From: Octopus vulgaris
Lineage: Eukaryota
NCBI GenBank assembly: GCA_951406725.2
Contig: OX597828.1
Coordinates: 36,766,001-36,830,000 of the forward strand
Length of the DNA stretch: 64,000 nt
Reading direction: 5' to 3'
Both the position numbers and the translations under genes were made by a program. The notes beneath the pieces are model-generated. The model searched no databases and had not been told where the DNA came from. It worked only from the letters and a program-made list of their open reading frames with translations. How positions within the stretch are numbered: position 1 is the stretch's first letter; each line of letters starts with the position of its first letter. Below are positions 12,868-26,476 of this stretch, in pieces.

Positions 12868-13093
12868 GGAAATGTTGATCTCTATATCCAACTAATCCAG
12901 AAACGGCGTTCTCAAGTAATCGATGTACGTGTGATCTTTCGTTATTTTTCCCTCTATACCTGCGTGAATTATTTTTGAGCATACATTGTCTGGGAGACTT
13001 TTCTTATAGTAGAGGAAATAGCTAAAATTTTTTGGCCGCTATTTCTAAAAGTTCGGTGTGTGGTAAAGTAAATTATTTTACTGAACCCTAATT
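12160..13093. mobile_element. PLE pLTR-like module: partial direct repeat plus inverted copy, with a hammerhead
   Basis: 12173-12262 repeats at 12733-12821; inverted homolog at ~12940-13090; same family as the 25022-25495 palindrome. Confidence 0.65.
12365..12424 (-). ncRNA. Type I hammerhead ribozyme (canonical core)
   Basis: Minus strand: cugag-CUGAUGA-a-gga...ucc-a-GAAAC-AGGCU-GUU-cucgg. Confidence 0.75.
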
Positions 13094-13100
13094 ATATATG

Positions 13101-13215
<115 letters not shown>

Positions 13216-13695
13216 ATGCATAAAGATAAACACATTAAAAGGGGTCTGTGGGAAAACACGCTTAAATAAAAACCACTGTGAAAAGGTTGGGAATGGCTGG
13301 CCTAGAAGCTTCTTTTATTTGCATGCGAAATAAACGGCCAATAAAGTTACACGTAGCTAACCAATCACCAAGAATAAGCAGGCAGACAGGCAGACAGGAA
13401 GAAAAAGAAGGAGAAGTAAAGCGGAATGAATGGAAAGGCGGAGAAGGAAAGGCGGAGAAGGAAAGAAGGAGAAGGAGAATGAGAAGAAGAAAAAGGAAGA
13501 GGAGGAGGGGATAAAATAAGGAGGTGGAGGAAAAAATCATGTTTGAACTCAACCGCAATGTGAATCCAGTTGCTTACGAGTAATATTTTACAATTGAATG
13601 CCATCGCCTGGAAAGAGAAGCAAAAATGAAAACAATCTGTAAATGACTGAAGTACATGCACACATACATTTATACATACGTTCTTTCATTCCTAA

Positions 13696-13696
<1 letters not shown>

Positions 13697-13742
<46 letters not shown>

Positions 13743-14507
13743 TACACACACACATACATACATACATGCATACACACATACATACATACATACGTACATA
13801 CATACATACATACATACATACATACACGCATACATACATATACATACATACATACATACATGCATGCATACATACATACATGCATGCATACATGCATACA
13901 TACATGCATGCATACATACATACATACATACATACATACATACACACACACATACATACATACATACATACATACATACATACATACATGCATGCATACA
14001 TACATACCTACATACATACATACACACACACATACATACATACATACATACATACATACCTACATACATACATACATACACACACACATACATACATACA
14101 TACATACATACATACATACATACACACACATACATACATACATACATACATACATACATACATGCATGCATACATACATACATACATACATACATACACA
14201 CACACATACATACATACATGCATGCATACATACATACATACATACATACACACACACATACATACATACATACATACATACACACACACATACATACATA
14301 CATACATACATGCATACATACATACATACATACATACATACACACACACACATACATATATACATACATACATACACACACACATACATACATACATACA
14401 TACACACACACATACATATATACATACATACATACACACACACATACATACATACATACATACATACATACATACATACATACATACATACATACATACA
14501 TACATAC
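13697..14507. repeat. Long compound (CA)n/(CATA)n/(CATG)n microsatellite
   Basis: Visible simple repeat, ~800 bp. Confidence 0.95.
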
Positions 14508-14559
14508 AGGCGGTCGGTCGACTTGAGTGTTTAGTTAGTTAGTTTGCTCGTCCTCCCGG

Positions 14560-15480
14560 TCGCTTCCGTGGTTTCACGCGTGCAAGCCATCCGTCACTCA
14601 ATGACCAATAATTCCCCTTCTCAGTCACTTTGGGTAGATCTCGATAAAGCTGCCTCGTCGGTTAAATGAGCTGTCCATGTAACATTCAGAGTTATTCTTA
14701 ACTTTCTTGTGTAGCAGTGGTCAATTTGTTTTTCAAGGCTTTTGGCGAGGCTCCAAGTTTCAGCACCGTGTAACAAAATTGACTCTTCTGTGGATAGAAA
14801 CAAACTAATTTTCAATTTACATACCATCTTAGAACAGCAGACTTTATGCAGTTTGTGACACGCGTTCCGAGCAAACGCCTTCCGTACAGTAAAGTTCTTT
14901 TCACTACTTTTCATCCAAGCACCAAATGTATGCTGAAATTGCATTCTTTTGAATTATTCCTGCAGTTATTTCAAATAAACCTGTCTCTCCATCAGGTGTT
15001 ATAATTCTTGATTTTGCGTCTTTGTAAAGTTTTACTATTGCATTGAGAAGATTTGAAAGTATATCATATGCTTTCAGGATTTTGAGAATTTTGCCTTTGT
15101 TGATGGAATCAAAAGCCTTCCTGAAAACAACATATAGGAGGACGGCTTTCAAGTAACCTTCACAGAGTCAGAATGTGTGTTGGTGTGGACCTATCAGGTC
15201 GGAATCCATTCTAATTTTGTCGTAGATGTAGTCTGTAGTCTGTTAAGGATCATTTTGTTAATGAGTTTGGTTACTGTTGAAGATAATGCATCGCTGAGTA
15301 TCGCTGAGACCTGATTTAGAAATACGGAACATAATTGCTTTGACTTCAAGTTCTCTTTCAATTGTTTGGTTGCAAAGTATAGTATCTTTTCAAAACTTCA
15401 GGTGCAACATTATCTGGCCCTGAAGATTTACCGTTCTTGATTGATTTCTTCGCGAACTGAAGTTTGTTCCAAAGTAGCTT
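14560..15480 (-). mobile_element. Decayed RTE-clade LINE fragment
   Basis: FRKAFDSI, ESILLHGAETWSL..LEKQIDHCYTRKLR; many stops and frameshifts. Confidence 0.75.
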
Positions 15481-16199
15481 TCTTTGAATTATCATTTTTC
15501 ACGCAAAAAATATTAATATCTACAATTTTTATAACTGTTACTGGATGAAAAAAAAATAGTAATCTGACCCCAGTAGCGCTTTTAATTTCATGCAATTATA
15601 TGACTTATTATGATATAGTAATAACATACTCTATTCTGATGTAATATTTTGGCAATTAAATTTAATTATTATGACCTGTAAAATATTAAGCAATTATCGG
15701 CGACCTATATTAGTGGCAAACGAAAACAAGGTTACGTGATAACTATAAAGACGAAATTATCAATTCTGATAATTAATGTTTTATTTGTTGAGTTTGTAGG
15801 AAGGGGCAGTGTGCATAACTTTCGAGAGACGTATCTTGATGCCGTTAATGTTCTTTTTAATTAGTTGCATGGCGGAAGCTGCAGTAAAGACATGAACAGA
15901 GAGTAGATTCTAAAAGGCCGGTATTCTTGGGGAGAAAATATTGGGTGTAGTAATTATTATAGGGTCGAGATGGGCTGGATGCAAGGGAGGGGGGGTAGAT
16001 AGTGGATTTGCAGAGTATAGTGTAGGAGGTTCGAAACCAGCCAGTTCACTGGAACAGTAGGCATTATTGTAGTGATTGGAAAGACAAAAGGAGGAGACAA
16101 ATCGCCTGTGGGCCACAGGCGGGGGTGAATTTGTTAGTAATTTAATGCTAGTCATTCCGCTGGCCCTGCTCTATATGTAGTTTAGGACGGCTATCGTCC

Positions 16200-17095
16200 C
16201 AATGGGACCCACTTGAACCTTTATAGATTGTTAGCAACCATTAAGGACTGAGTTACTTTCTTTAATCGGAGGTAAGGTTTCTGGAGATGCAGTCTTAGCT
16301 AAATTAAGAACGGTAATAGTGAGGTCCAGCGTTTGAAGTGCTTGGGAGAGCTGTAGGTGACTCCACTCGTACTTGGGGGTCGTGTGTGTGTGTGTGTGAG
16401 GGTGATATTTTCTTGATGTAAGTGGTACTTGAGTGATTTGCTGGCAAAAGAGGCATGACCAGATTGGAGAATGTCCTCGCAGAACCAAAATTAGGTGTGT
16501 AGTGTCTTGGTTGTGTGTGAATAATAAATGGTTATCGAAGGTCAGGGAATAATAAATGCTCATGTCATCTGCATAAGAGTGGATGCTGTTGAATGTAGCA
16601 ATACGAAGGTCAATGATGTATAGAAGGGAGAGAGTGAGGAGGGGGAGGAGGAGGAGGAGGGGGGAGAGGAAGGTACATTGAAGTCTGGGACACATCAGAG
16701 TTGACTGAGAGTGGAGCAGAAAGAGTTCTTTCAATACATGCCCACAATGGTGAGATCTAAAAGGGAGTTGCCAATTCGAAAGATGAGAGATGAATGGAAC
16801 CCGTAAAGGGGAAGATTTGAAAGAAGATTCGCATGCTGGACTGTGTCGAAGGCTTTGCTAATGTCTAGAGCAGTGCTTTTCAACATTTTTGTTGGAGCGG
16901 AACCCCAAGGAAAGATTCCACTGGCTCGAGGAACCCCTGTGCAATAATTTAATAGTATTATGCACACATATCTGCACAGGAGAATTAAAAATTACTGCCG
17001 ATTTTGGCAGTTTTGTAACTTCTTGCGGAACCCCTGGACTGTACTGGCGGAACCCTGGTTGAAAACCACTGGTCTAGAGTAACAACATGGTTTTC
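16200..17095 (-). mobile_element. Decayed CR1/L2-like RT fragment interrupted by a hAT MITE
   Basis: LDISKAFDTV and SYADD motifs. Confidence 0.65.
16871..17071. mobile_element. hAT (Charlie-type) MITE, 201 bp
   Basis: TIRs CAGTGCTTTTCAAC / GTTGAAAACCACTG; perfect 8-bp TSD GTCTAGAG at 16863-16870 and 17072-17079. Confidence 0.9.
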
Positions 17096-17098
17096 GCC

Positions 17099-17135
<37 letters not shown>

Positions 17136-17486
17136 GTGTGTGTGATATGAAAGTAGTAACTATACTGAGTAGTAATGTTTCTATGGCGTTAAACGTTAAT
17201 TATATACATGTGTGTGTGTGTGTGTATGTGTGTGTCTGTATGTGTGTGTGCCTGTGTATTTGTGTGTCCGTGTCCGTATGCGTGTGTCCCCATTATCGCT
17301 TGAAAACCGGTGTTGGTGTGTTTTCGTCCCCGCAACATAGTGGTTCAGCCTTGAGGCCGATTTGTTCGACTAAAAATCTTTCAAGGAGGTGCCCCAGTAT
17401 GGCCGCAGTCACATAACTGAAACAGGTAAAAGATAAATTGTGAACAATCAAATACTTTAGTTGATAAAATATTTGACAAATTTATA

Positions 17487-18367
17487 GGAAGAGGTACCCA
17501 AAAGCTACCGGAAACGTTTTCTGTGGGACAGGTCCCTGATAGTTCAGGCTTCCACCGCTATAAATGACTTGATGTGACCCTCAGGCATCAGTCTGCCGAC
17601 CGGTGTTGTTCAATGAGTTAGTGCTATCACGTGGTGCATCTTTGTTTTGCAGTGTTTCTCCCCTGTTCGTTGATTTTTGCGATGGCTGAAACGAAGGAAC
17701 TGCGGACTTCCGAGAAATTCTGTTTTCTGCTAGGGAAACAGCGGCTGAAACAGTGGTCATGCTTAAAACAGCTTACAATGAGCAGAACACAAGTTTACGA
17801 GTGGTTTCCACGCTTTAGGAACGGTCAATTGTCATTTGAGGCCCAACTTCGTTCAGGGCGACCGTCGACCTCCCGAACGAATAAAAGCATCATGAAAATT
17901 CCTGAACTGATCTTGGAAGACTGTCACCCAACAACTGAAGAACTTGCTGACGAGACTGGTGTGTCCTGGAGTTCCTACCAACGAATTTTGAGGGAGGAAT
18001 TTCAAATGAAAAGATTTGCAGCAAAATTTGTGTCTCGCTGGCTCACGGAACATCAAAAGCAGTCACATCTGAATGCGTGTCGTGAACTGAAAGAATAGTT
18101 GGAAGTTGATACGGAACATTTTTTCGAAGGTCATCACTGGTGACGAAAGTTGGTGCCTCAGAATTTGTAGATGCGGAAGAGGGAAAGAAAAAAAAACGAT
18201 GGAGGCATTAAAAGGCATCACTTTGCAAGCAATCCAGTTCTTCTTCGAATTTTGGAAAACGCGCCTTAACCGATGCATTGCTTCAAACGGAGAATACCTT
18301 GAAGGAGATAAATCTAAGTGAATAAAATGAGATTGCAAAATTCCGGTTTCTTTTGGGTACCCCTTCG
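17487..18367 (+). mobile_element. Internally deleted mariner transposon
   Basis: TA flanks; imperfect TIRs GGAAGAGGTACCCAAAAG..CCGGAA / TTCCGG..CTTTTGGGTACCCCTTCG; transposase relics VYEWFPRFRNG, RSGRPST, AKFVSRWLT, ITGDESW. Confidence 0.85.
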
Positions 18368-18555
18368 TATTTTTACAATTGACTTAAGAAAATAAAAATT
18401 ATTTTTCCTCTCCATTAGCATCAAGTAACTTTGAAAGGAAACTGGAATCAGCATAATTTGTCCGGTTTCGGATTAAACATAATTTAGAGATGTTTTTTTG
18501 TAGATGTGTCTGTGGAAGGGAGAGTCATGAGGAGTTTGAGAGAGAGAGAGAGAAC

Positions 18556-18586
<31 letters not shown>

Positions 18587-19766
18587 GGAGAGAAAGAGAG
18601 AGAGAGAGAGTGAGGGAGGGAGGGAGAGAGAGAGAAGGCAAAGGGAAAGCTATCTTACAGGGATAAAAATAAACGTGTCCCATTCAGGATCAAGCTCCGT
18701 GCTGGTCGGAAGGCGTTGCGTTTATCGTTCTTCACTCTCAGGACCACCATTGGACGCACGCGCGCACGCACACGCGTTCACACAGCGCGCACACAAGCAC
18801 ATACACTCACACTTACGCACACACACACACACACACACACCCACACGCACACGTGCACACGTGCACATTCGTCTGAGCCATTAGAATGTTGATTTTAATG
18901 TCTTGTGGCAATTGATAGTTCAAGTACCGTCGAAACCAACTCCCTTCATTCTTTCAGGGTCGGTTAACAAATTACCAGTCCAGGATGGTATATTGTAGGA
19001 ACTGTTAGAATGACGGGCGGGATGCTTTGTAAAAACTGTTCCAGATCTTCGCATTCTAACCGTAATGTCTGTGACGATACTGATGCTAAGCTGTACCGGC
19101 CCTAAGGCGGTGGCTGGCCCCCAGGCCTGCATATACGTGTGTAGATGCACGGTTAAACCTGACTTTCAGAGGCCCAAATCACGTACTCATGTTCATTGAG
19201 AGAGTATCTTATGCTATCAGCTCCTTCATCTCATATGTAGGCTGCCCAGAGACACAGGCAATTATCACGGAATGTCAATCCGGTTATTGACCGCAAAGGT
19301 AATTATAGATGGAATAGAAACTGATGGGTGTGTGTGTGTATGTTTCCTTTTTGTGTTGTTTTTAACACATCTTTAGCAGCATGCTGCCAAGAACAAATAA
19401 TATGATTAAACAACATATTTTTAATTAATTAGCAAACCGCTTGTTTATTTTTTTATCTAGTCTAACTTGACAGTAACTTCAGACTTTTCAACTTGCAGTC
19501 TGTCATCAGTCATAAAATTTTAGAATCTCTTTTCATGCTTTATCACTTGAGGTGATGCAAGAAGTCTCTACCAACCAATCCTGCATATGACCCCGTTATA
19601 TTGACCAATGAAGTAGCTTGTACGTGTACAGTGGATCTACTATATATATATTAAATCTGCCTAAATGTATAAATGCCAAGACTTATTTTGACAGCAAGCT
19701 TCCTGATGATTTCATTTGAATGAAACAGTTCTAGTCCTGTAGAAGCTCCTTCTATAAAATAAATAA

Positions 19767-19822
<56 letters not shown>

Positions 19823-19936
19823 CACACATATATATGTATATATATATATATGTGTGTGTGTGTATGTGTATGCAGACACATACACAAACATTGACACATA
19901 TATAATGGAATAATTACTATGAAGAATTGTGTAGAA

Positions 19937-20245
19937 TATATTGTATAAAAGATCGTGGGTAAAACCAAAACAATGCGAAGTAAATGCAAGGTAAATCACA
20001 AGAAAACAAATATGTGAATTAATGTACACTTATATTCAGTATTTCGGGGTTACGTGTATTCAATATTTCGGGGTTATGACCCCATTTTCAAGAAATAGAC
20101 GTCTATTTATTGAAAACGGTATCATAAGCCCGAAATATTGAATACAAAGTAAGTGTACATTAATTCACATATTTGTTTTCTTGTGATTTACCTTGCATTT
20201 ACTTCGCATTGTTTTGGCCTTACCCACAATCTTTTATACAATATA
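19937..20245. repeat. ~150-bp-arm inverted repeat carrying back-to-back U3-A8 hammerhead-like motifs
   Basis: Centre AATAGACGTCTATT at ~20100; minus strand 20059-20093 reads uuc-UUGAAAA-ugggg(ucauaa)ccc-GAAAU-AUU-gaa. Confidence 0.65.
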
Positions 20246-20776
20246 TATATAAATAAATATATATATATATATATATCCCTCTATCCACTACCTCTCTCTT
20301 CTTCTATGTGACTGGTGTTCGGCCAAGCCCGACTTTTCTTTCTTGGTTCGACTACCATCCGTGTAGCATCCTTCGTATTCCTTCCCATGACTTTCATCTT
20401 CTATGTTCCTGCCGTAAGGCTTCACCTCCACACACGCCAGCTTAATTTAATTCATCCTTAGTCGAAAGACACCTGTTGTTAATGTCCTGTTGTTTATATT
20501 TGTAATTGTGTACCATTTCTCCGCTTTTTTTCGTCCTTGTTTTCGTATACATTCGCTTTCTTTCTTACAAAGAATCCTAGTGCTCTTAGTTTAGATCTTG
20601 GGGGCCGGCCAAATTAGAGAAGTCTCGAGATTAACCGGCCGAAACTACAAAGACGATCTACTTCTCGGCTGACGATTGAAAGTTCTGAATGACTTCTCCT
20701 TGTTTTTACCTGCCCTTTTGGTATCACCTACTGTTCGAATGTTTTGTTGTCGCCTGTTACGTCTTCTTTTGTTGGG

Positions 20777-20820
<44 letters not shown>

Positions 20821-21009
20821 AATCCTCTCTCAAAGTTTGGAAGACAGAGCACATTGGATATATTATATTTGAAAGTAATAAAGATGAGATGGTCAGGACT
20901 TGAAGGTCGTTGATTTTAGGCGTGCTTAATCAAGGTTGACTTTGGGGTGAAATAGCTGCAGCAACAACAGCACCGTCACCGACCATTTTGTAATTCTCAT
21001 TATACGATA

Positions 21010-21225
21010 TTGATTTCAAATTATGACACAAGGCCAGCAATTTCGGAGGAGGTGTAAAGTCTATTATACCAACCCAAGTGTTTAACTGGTACTTACTTTA
21101 TCGACTCTGAAATAATGAAAGGCAAAGTCGACCTCGGTGGAATTTGAACTCTGTACATTAAAACTGACGAAACGCCGCTAAGCATTTTGCCCAGCTTGTT
21201 AACGATTCTGCCAGCTCGCCGCCTT
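21010..21225 (-). mobile_element. SINE family B (diverged)
   Basis: Homologous to 54349-54575. Confidence 0.75.
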
Positions 21226-21240
21226 ATACTCATTCTGCCA

Positions 21241-21625
21241 CGGCACTCCGTCAGTTACGACGACGAGGCTTCCAGTTGATTCGATCAACGGAACAGCCTG
21301 CTCGTGAAATTAACGTGTAAGTGGCGGAGTACTTCACTGACACGTCTACTCTTAAAGTAGTTCTCGGGGGAAATTTCAGCGTGACACAGCGTGTGACAAG
21401 GCTGTTCCTTTGAATTACAGGTACAACAGAAACAGGGAGAAAGAGTGAGAGAAAGTTGTGGTGAAAGAGTACAGTATGGTTCGCCCCCCTCCCTCTGCCA
21501 GAGGGCCTCATGGAGATTTAAGTGTCTTCGCCCAATAAACACTCACAATGCCCAGCCTGGGAATCGAAACCGCAATCCTATGACCGCGAGTCCGTTGCCC
21601 TAACCACTGTGCCATTGCGACTCCT
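21241..21625 (-). mobile_element. tRNA-derived SINE, family C (Arg-like head)
   Basis: TGGCACAGTGGTTAGGGC..GGTTTCGATTCCC head; homologs at 36380, 61110 and 62615. Confidence 0.75.
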
Positions 21626-22188
21626 ACAATACCCATTCTACGTTGTTAACAATACAGTTAGTGACGGCACTTGGCATAGTCTCTCTCTTATTACCATTCC
21701 AGAAGCTATTTATGTCACTAAAAAGCAACAAATTATACTTTTTAAAAACTTGTCTTTTGTTTATTTTGATCATTCTAACATTTAAAAACCAATTTTTTCA
21801 CACTAAGCTGTTTTTCTTCCTGTTTTTGCTGCTGCTGTCTTTCCTGTAATTTACCAAATTATGTGTTAGTAATGTCTGCATCAAGAGATATCTCCATCAG
21901 TTACAGAGTGGTTCCCCCACAAAGCCCTACGCCGGAACCGAAATTAACAAAGATTTCTCTCTTTCTCTCTAACACTCACTCACACACATATACACTAATA
22001 AAATATACACATATATGCATACGTAAATTCACACACATACGCACACACACAGACACACACACACACACACACACACATCTGCCTGCTGTCTGTCTGCCTG
22101 TGTATGTAAGTAAATATGTATATATGTAAGTATGTATCTATCTATCTACTTATCTCCTTTTCTCCTTCTCTCTGTCTCTCTGTCTGTA

Positions 22189-22273
<85 letters not shown>

Positions 22274-22799
22274 ACAAACATACATATATACATACATACA
22301 TACATACATACAAACAAAGCACCCTGTTGTTGATGTTGAAATTCCAATGAAGGAGCCTTGGATCTAGGTTAGAAACCGGTTCATTCTCTATTCGCAAGAG
22401 GAAAACAATTACTTACAATTGCCCATGTAGAATGCTAGCAATGCCTATGCAAAAGTTGAGGCCGAAAAAGGATTGCACGACACCTCATCGACCCTATCCA
22501 TCCATTGACATGATCCAATGACAAAGAGAAGTATGATATCCACAACGAACAAGGATCAAAGGCTGAGTAATGTGTGAATGCCATGATCCCAAGCGCAACA
22601 GCGTTTCAGTTTTGATCTCTTCAAAGTACAGGTAAGCTATTCATGTAAGAACTACCGTATTTACTAAAATATAAGTCCAACACGTGCATGTTTCACCCCT
22701 AATTTAGTATCAAACATTTGTACGATGTTTATTACTCACACCTTTGGATTGTCTGTTAAAATCAGGTATGGAATTATGAAAGGTTTGTTACAGTTTCTT

Positions 22800-23030
22800 A
22801 TTTCTTTATTGCCCACAAGGAGCTAAACTGAGAAGGGACAAACAAAGACTGACAAAGGGATTAAGTCGGTTACATCGACCCCGGTGCGTAACTGGTACTT
22901 AATTTATCGACCTCGAAAGGATAAAAGGCAAAGTCGATCTCGGCGGAATTTGAACTCAGAACGTAGCGGCAGACGAAATACGGCTAGGCATTTCGCCCGG
23001 CGTGCTAACGTTTCTGCCAGCTTGCCACCT
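22800..23030 (-). mobile_element. SINE family B
   Basis: Homologous to 54349-54575. Confidence 0.8.
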
Positions 23031-23595
23031 AGGGTTGTTTCTATTTAGCTAATGTAGAAGGTACAAATACAACTTTACAGATATACAAAGGATAGAAGAT
23101 TAACGGCCACACGGCACACTCCAACATGGAAGCCTGTTTAGAGAACGGAATTATTGGCATGCAATTAACTTACAAGAAAATTCAGTTCACGTCAAACGAC
23201 AATCTGTGAAGTGGAGGATAGCGTTAAATGCAGAGAAGGGACGTAACCGTTATCAGTTAATTTTGTTCCAAGGGAAACAACTCTTATCTTACGCCTTGAT
23301 AATGTTGCCGTGAGACGACTTAGAATAATGGTTCCAATAGAAATGCATGAAAATGCATATGTTGTTGATGTTGTTGATGTTGATGATCGTCATTGTTGCT
23401 TTTGTGACAACACGATGGTTAGGATGTAATTTATTGTTTATTATATATACATTTGTTATTTTTTGATGTGGGTAGATATTTAGTTTTCTATTCGTTCTTG
23501 TCACCGTTATGACGTAATGCAGCAAACTTATTTAAGGACTTCCAGGGATGCTCATCCGGTCTTTTTACGTATCAAAGATTACATTTTGCACAAAC

Positions 23596-23610
23596 ACTCA
23601 CACCCACACA

Positions 23611-23648
<38 letters not shown>

Positions 23649-23726
23649 AACACTCACACACAGACACTCACACACATACACACACAAACACACACACATA
23701 CAAAAACACACACTCACACACACACA

Positions 23727-23821
<95 letters not shown>

Positions 23822-23845
23822 ACACACACACACACAAACACACAA

Positions 23846-23882
<37 letters not shown>

Positions 23883-23968
23883 AACACACACACACACTCA
23901 CACACACATACACACACAAACACACACACTCACATACACACACACACACTCACACACACTCACACACA

Positions 23969-24033
<65 letters not shown>

Positions 24034-24154
24034 ACACTCACACACACACACTCACACACACACACACTCACACACACATACACACACAAACACACACACT
24101 CACATACACACACACACTCACACACAAACACACACACAAACACACACACACACA

Positions 24155-24201
<47 letters not shown>

Positions 24202-24306
24202 ACACACACACTCACACACTCACACACACACACACACACACACTCACACACACTCACACACACACACTCACACACACATACACACACAGACACACATACA
24301 CACACA

Positions 24307-24355
<49 letters not shown>
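23596..24355. repeat. Long degenerate (CA)n microsatellite
   Basis: Visible simple repeat. Confidence 0.95.
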
Positions 24356-24357
<2 letters not shown>

Positions 24358-24618
24358 TGCAGTGGTCCATCAGTTTTTCTAAGCCCTGTCACAGAACTCG
24401 GAAGATCGGGCCTTCATGCGAGCTTTTCGCGACACCCTCAAAACCAGGAACTTTTCAGCACTCCCTAGTATATAGGCAAAGGGGTGGCTGTATGGAAAGA
24501 AGCTTGCTTCCCAACCTCATGGCTCCAAAATCAGTCCTATCACCTGGTACTGTAGCCTCAGGCTGAGGTTGACCAAAGCTTTGTGAGTGGATTTGGTAGA
24601 CGGAAACTGAAAGAAGCC

Positions 24619-24667
<49 letters not shown>

Positions 24668-24759
24668 TAATCCAAACGGGAAAACAGAAAAAGCAACAAC
24701 ACGTGGAACAATTACAGTATTATTATTATTAGGCGCTCAGGAAAATGGAAGAAGGAGGG

Positions 24760-24792
24760 TATGACGTTTCGAGCGGAGCTCTTCGTCGGAAA
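24760..24792 (-). ncRNA. Minimal hammerhead-like motif (CCGACGA core) in a PLE-type fragment (24663-24885)
   Basis: Minus strand: CCGACGA-a-gagc(ucc)gcuc-GAAAC-GUC; same family as 53330. Confidence 0.55.
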
Positions 24793-24882
24793 CATAGGAG
24801 AAAGAAAGATCCCGAGACGGGAGGACAGAGGAAAAAAAAAATTGCAGGTAGTCTTCACGAGGTCACATACTAAAAAGGCGGA

Positions 24883-24936
<54 letters not shown>

Positions 24937-25021
24937 CAGCAATTGAGGGTAAATTAATTAATTATTAATCAATTTCACCAAGTATTCAGTATGTAAAGGG
25001 ACCATTTAAGGCGAATTCAAA

Positions 25022-25491
25022 ATATTACATTTTATAAAGGGCTTAGTAAAATAAATTACTTTGCCACATACTGAACTCATTAGAAATAGCAGCCAAAAAA
25101 AAATTTTTTTAGCCAAATTCTAATACTTAAAGAAAATTTCTCTCAGATAGTGCTTACTCAAAATAGCCCACGAAGGTATGGGGGTAAAAACATTAAAAAA
25201 TCACAAGTGCAAAGGTTATTTGAGAACGTACGTTTCTAGATCAGCCAAATACAATGTCGACATTGTATTTGGCTGATCTAGAAACGTACGTTCTCAAATA
25301 ACCTTTGCACTTGTGATTTTTTAATGTTTTTACCCCCATACCTTCGTGGGCTATTTTGAGTAAGCACTATCTGAGAGAAATTTTCTTTAAGTATTAGAAT
25401 TTGGCTAAAAAAATTTTTTTTTGGCTGCTATTTCTAATGAGTTCAGTATGTGGCAAAGTAATTTATTTTACTAAGCCCTTTATAAAATGTA

Positions 25492-25495
<4 letters not shown>
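25022..25495. repeat. Spacerless, apparently perfect 474-bp palindrome (PLE-terminus family)
   Basis: Centre CAATGTC|GACATTG at 25258/25259; arms of ~237 bp; homologous to 12173-12330. Confidence 0.9.
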
Positions 25496-25519
<24 letters not shown>

Positions 25520-25523
<4 letters not shown>

Positions 25524-25750
25524 GTGTGTGTGTCTTTGTGTCTGTGTTTGTCCCCCACCATCTCTTGACAACCTATGTTGGTGTGTTTATGTCCACGTAA
25601 CTTAGCGGTTCGGCAAAAGAGACCGATAGAATAAGTACTAGGCTTACAAAAACACGTCCTCGGGGTCAATGTTTTTCGACTAAAGCTCTTTAAGGTGGCG
25701 CTCCGGCATGGCCGCAGTCAACTGACTGAAACAAGTAAAAGAATAAAAGA
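25520..25750 (+). mobile_element. SINE family A, 3' half (its 5' head is probably at 24478-24620)
   Basis: Homologous to 1527-1730. Confidence 0.75.
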
Positions 25751-25793
25751 AAATTTATATACATATATATCTATATCTATATCTATATCTATC

Positions 25794-25836
<43 letters not shown>

Positions 25837-26064
25837 TTGTGTGGGTGTGTTTGTGCGTGTGTGTGTGTGTGTGTGTTTGCGCACATGGTGTTACGTGCGC
25901 ATTTTAAGAAATACGTCACGGCCGAATTTAAAAGTAGGCCACAGGAAACATCGTCAATATCTCAAAACCGCCAACAATTTGTTTTATTGAATTAACAGCC
26001 AGGAATGTACAGGCATTTAAATCAGTGGATTTATTTTTGTTATATGCTTTATACCAGGTTGAAA

Positions 26065-26470
26065 GGCGGCGAGCTGGCAGAAGCGTTAGCACGCCGGGCG
26101 AAATGCTTAGCGGTATTTCGCCTGCCGTTACGTTATGTGTTCAAATTCCGCCGAGGTCGACTTTGCCTTTCATCCTTTCGGGGTCTATTAAATAAGTACT
26201 AGTTACGCACTGGCGTCGATGTAAACGACTTAATCTGTGTGTCTGTTCTTGTTTGTCCCCTCTGTTTTTAGCCCCTTGTGGGTAGTAAAGAAATAGGTAT
26301 TTCGTCTACTGTTACGTTCTGAGTTCTAATTCCGCGGAAGTCGACTTTGCCTTTCATCCTTTTGGAGTCGATTAAGTAAGTACCGGTTACACACTGGGGT
26401 CGATGTAATCGATCTAATCCTTTGGTCTGTCTCCTTTATTTTTAGCCCCTAGTGGGCAATAAAGAAATAA
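26065..26470 (+). mobile_element. SINE family B with head-truncated tandem second unit
   Basis: Junction AAAGAAATAG|GTATTTCGTCT at ~26296. Confidence 0.8.
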
Positions 26471-26476
26471 ATATAT

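Noticed and set aside
13643-14542. Long ORFs (up to 349 aa) such as 13643-14542, 23517-24566 and 59911-60393
   Set aside because: Translations of microsatellites that lack stop codons; no coding evidence
18660-18880. Promoter- or 5' UTR-like unique stretch between (GA)n and (CA)n
   Set aside because: No linked gene or diagnostic motif
21555-21625. tRNA genes at SINE heads
   Set aside because: A/B boxes are present but each is fused to a repeated SINE body, and the cloverleaves are degenerate
22420-22636. Possible host exon ending CAG|GTAAG
   Set aside because: Stops in the frames I checked and no recognisable protein; a non-coding exon cannot be excluded
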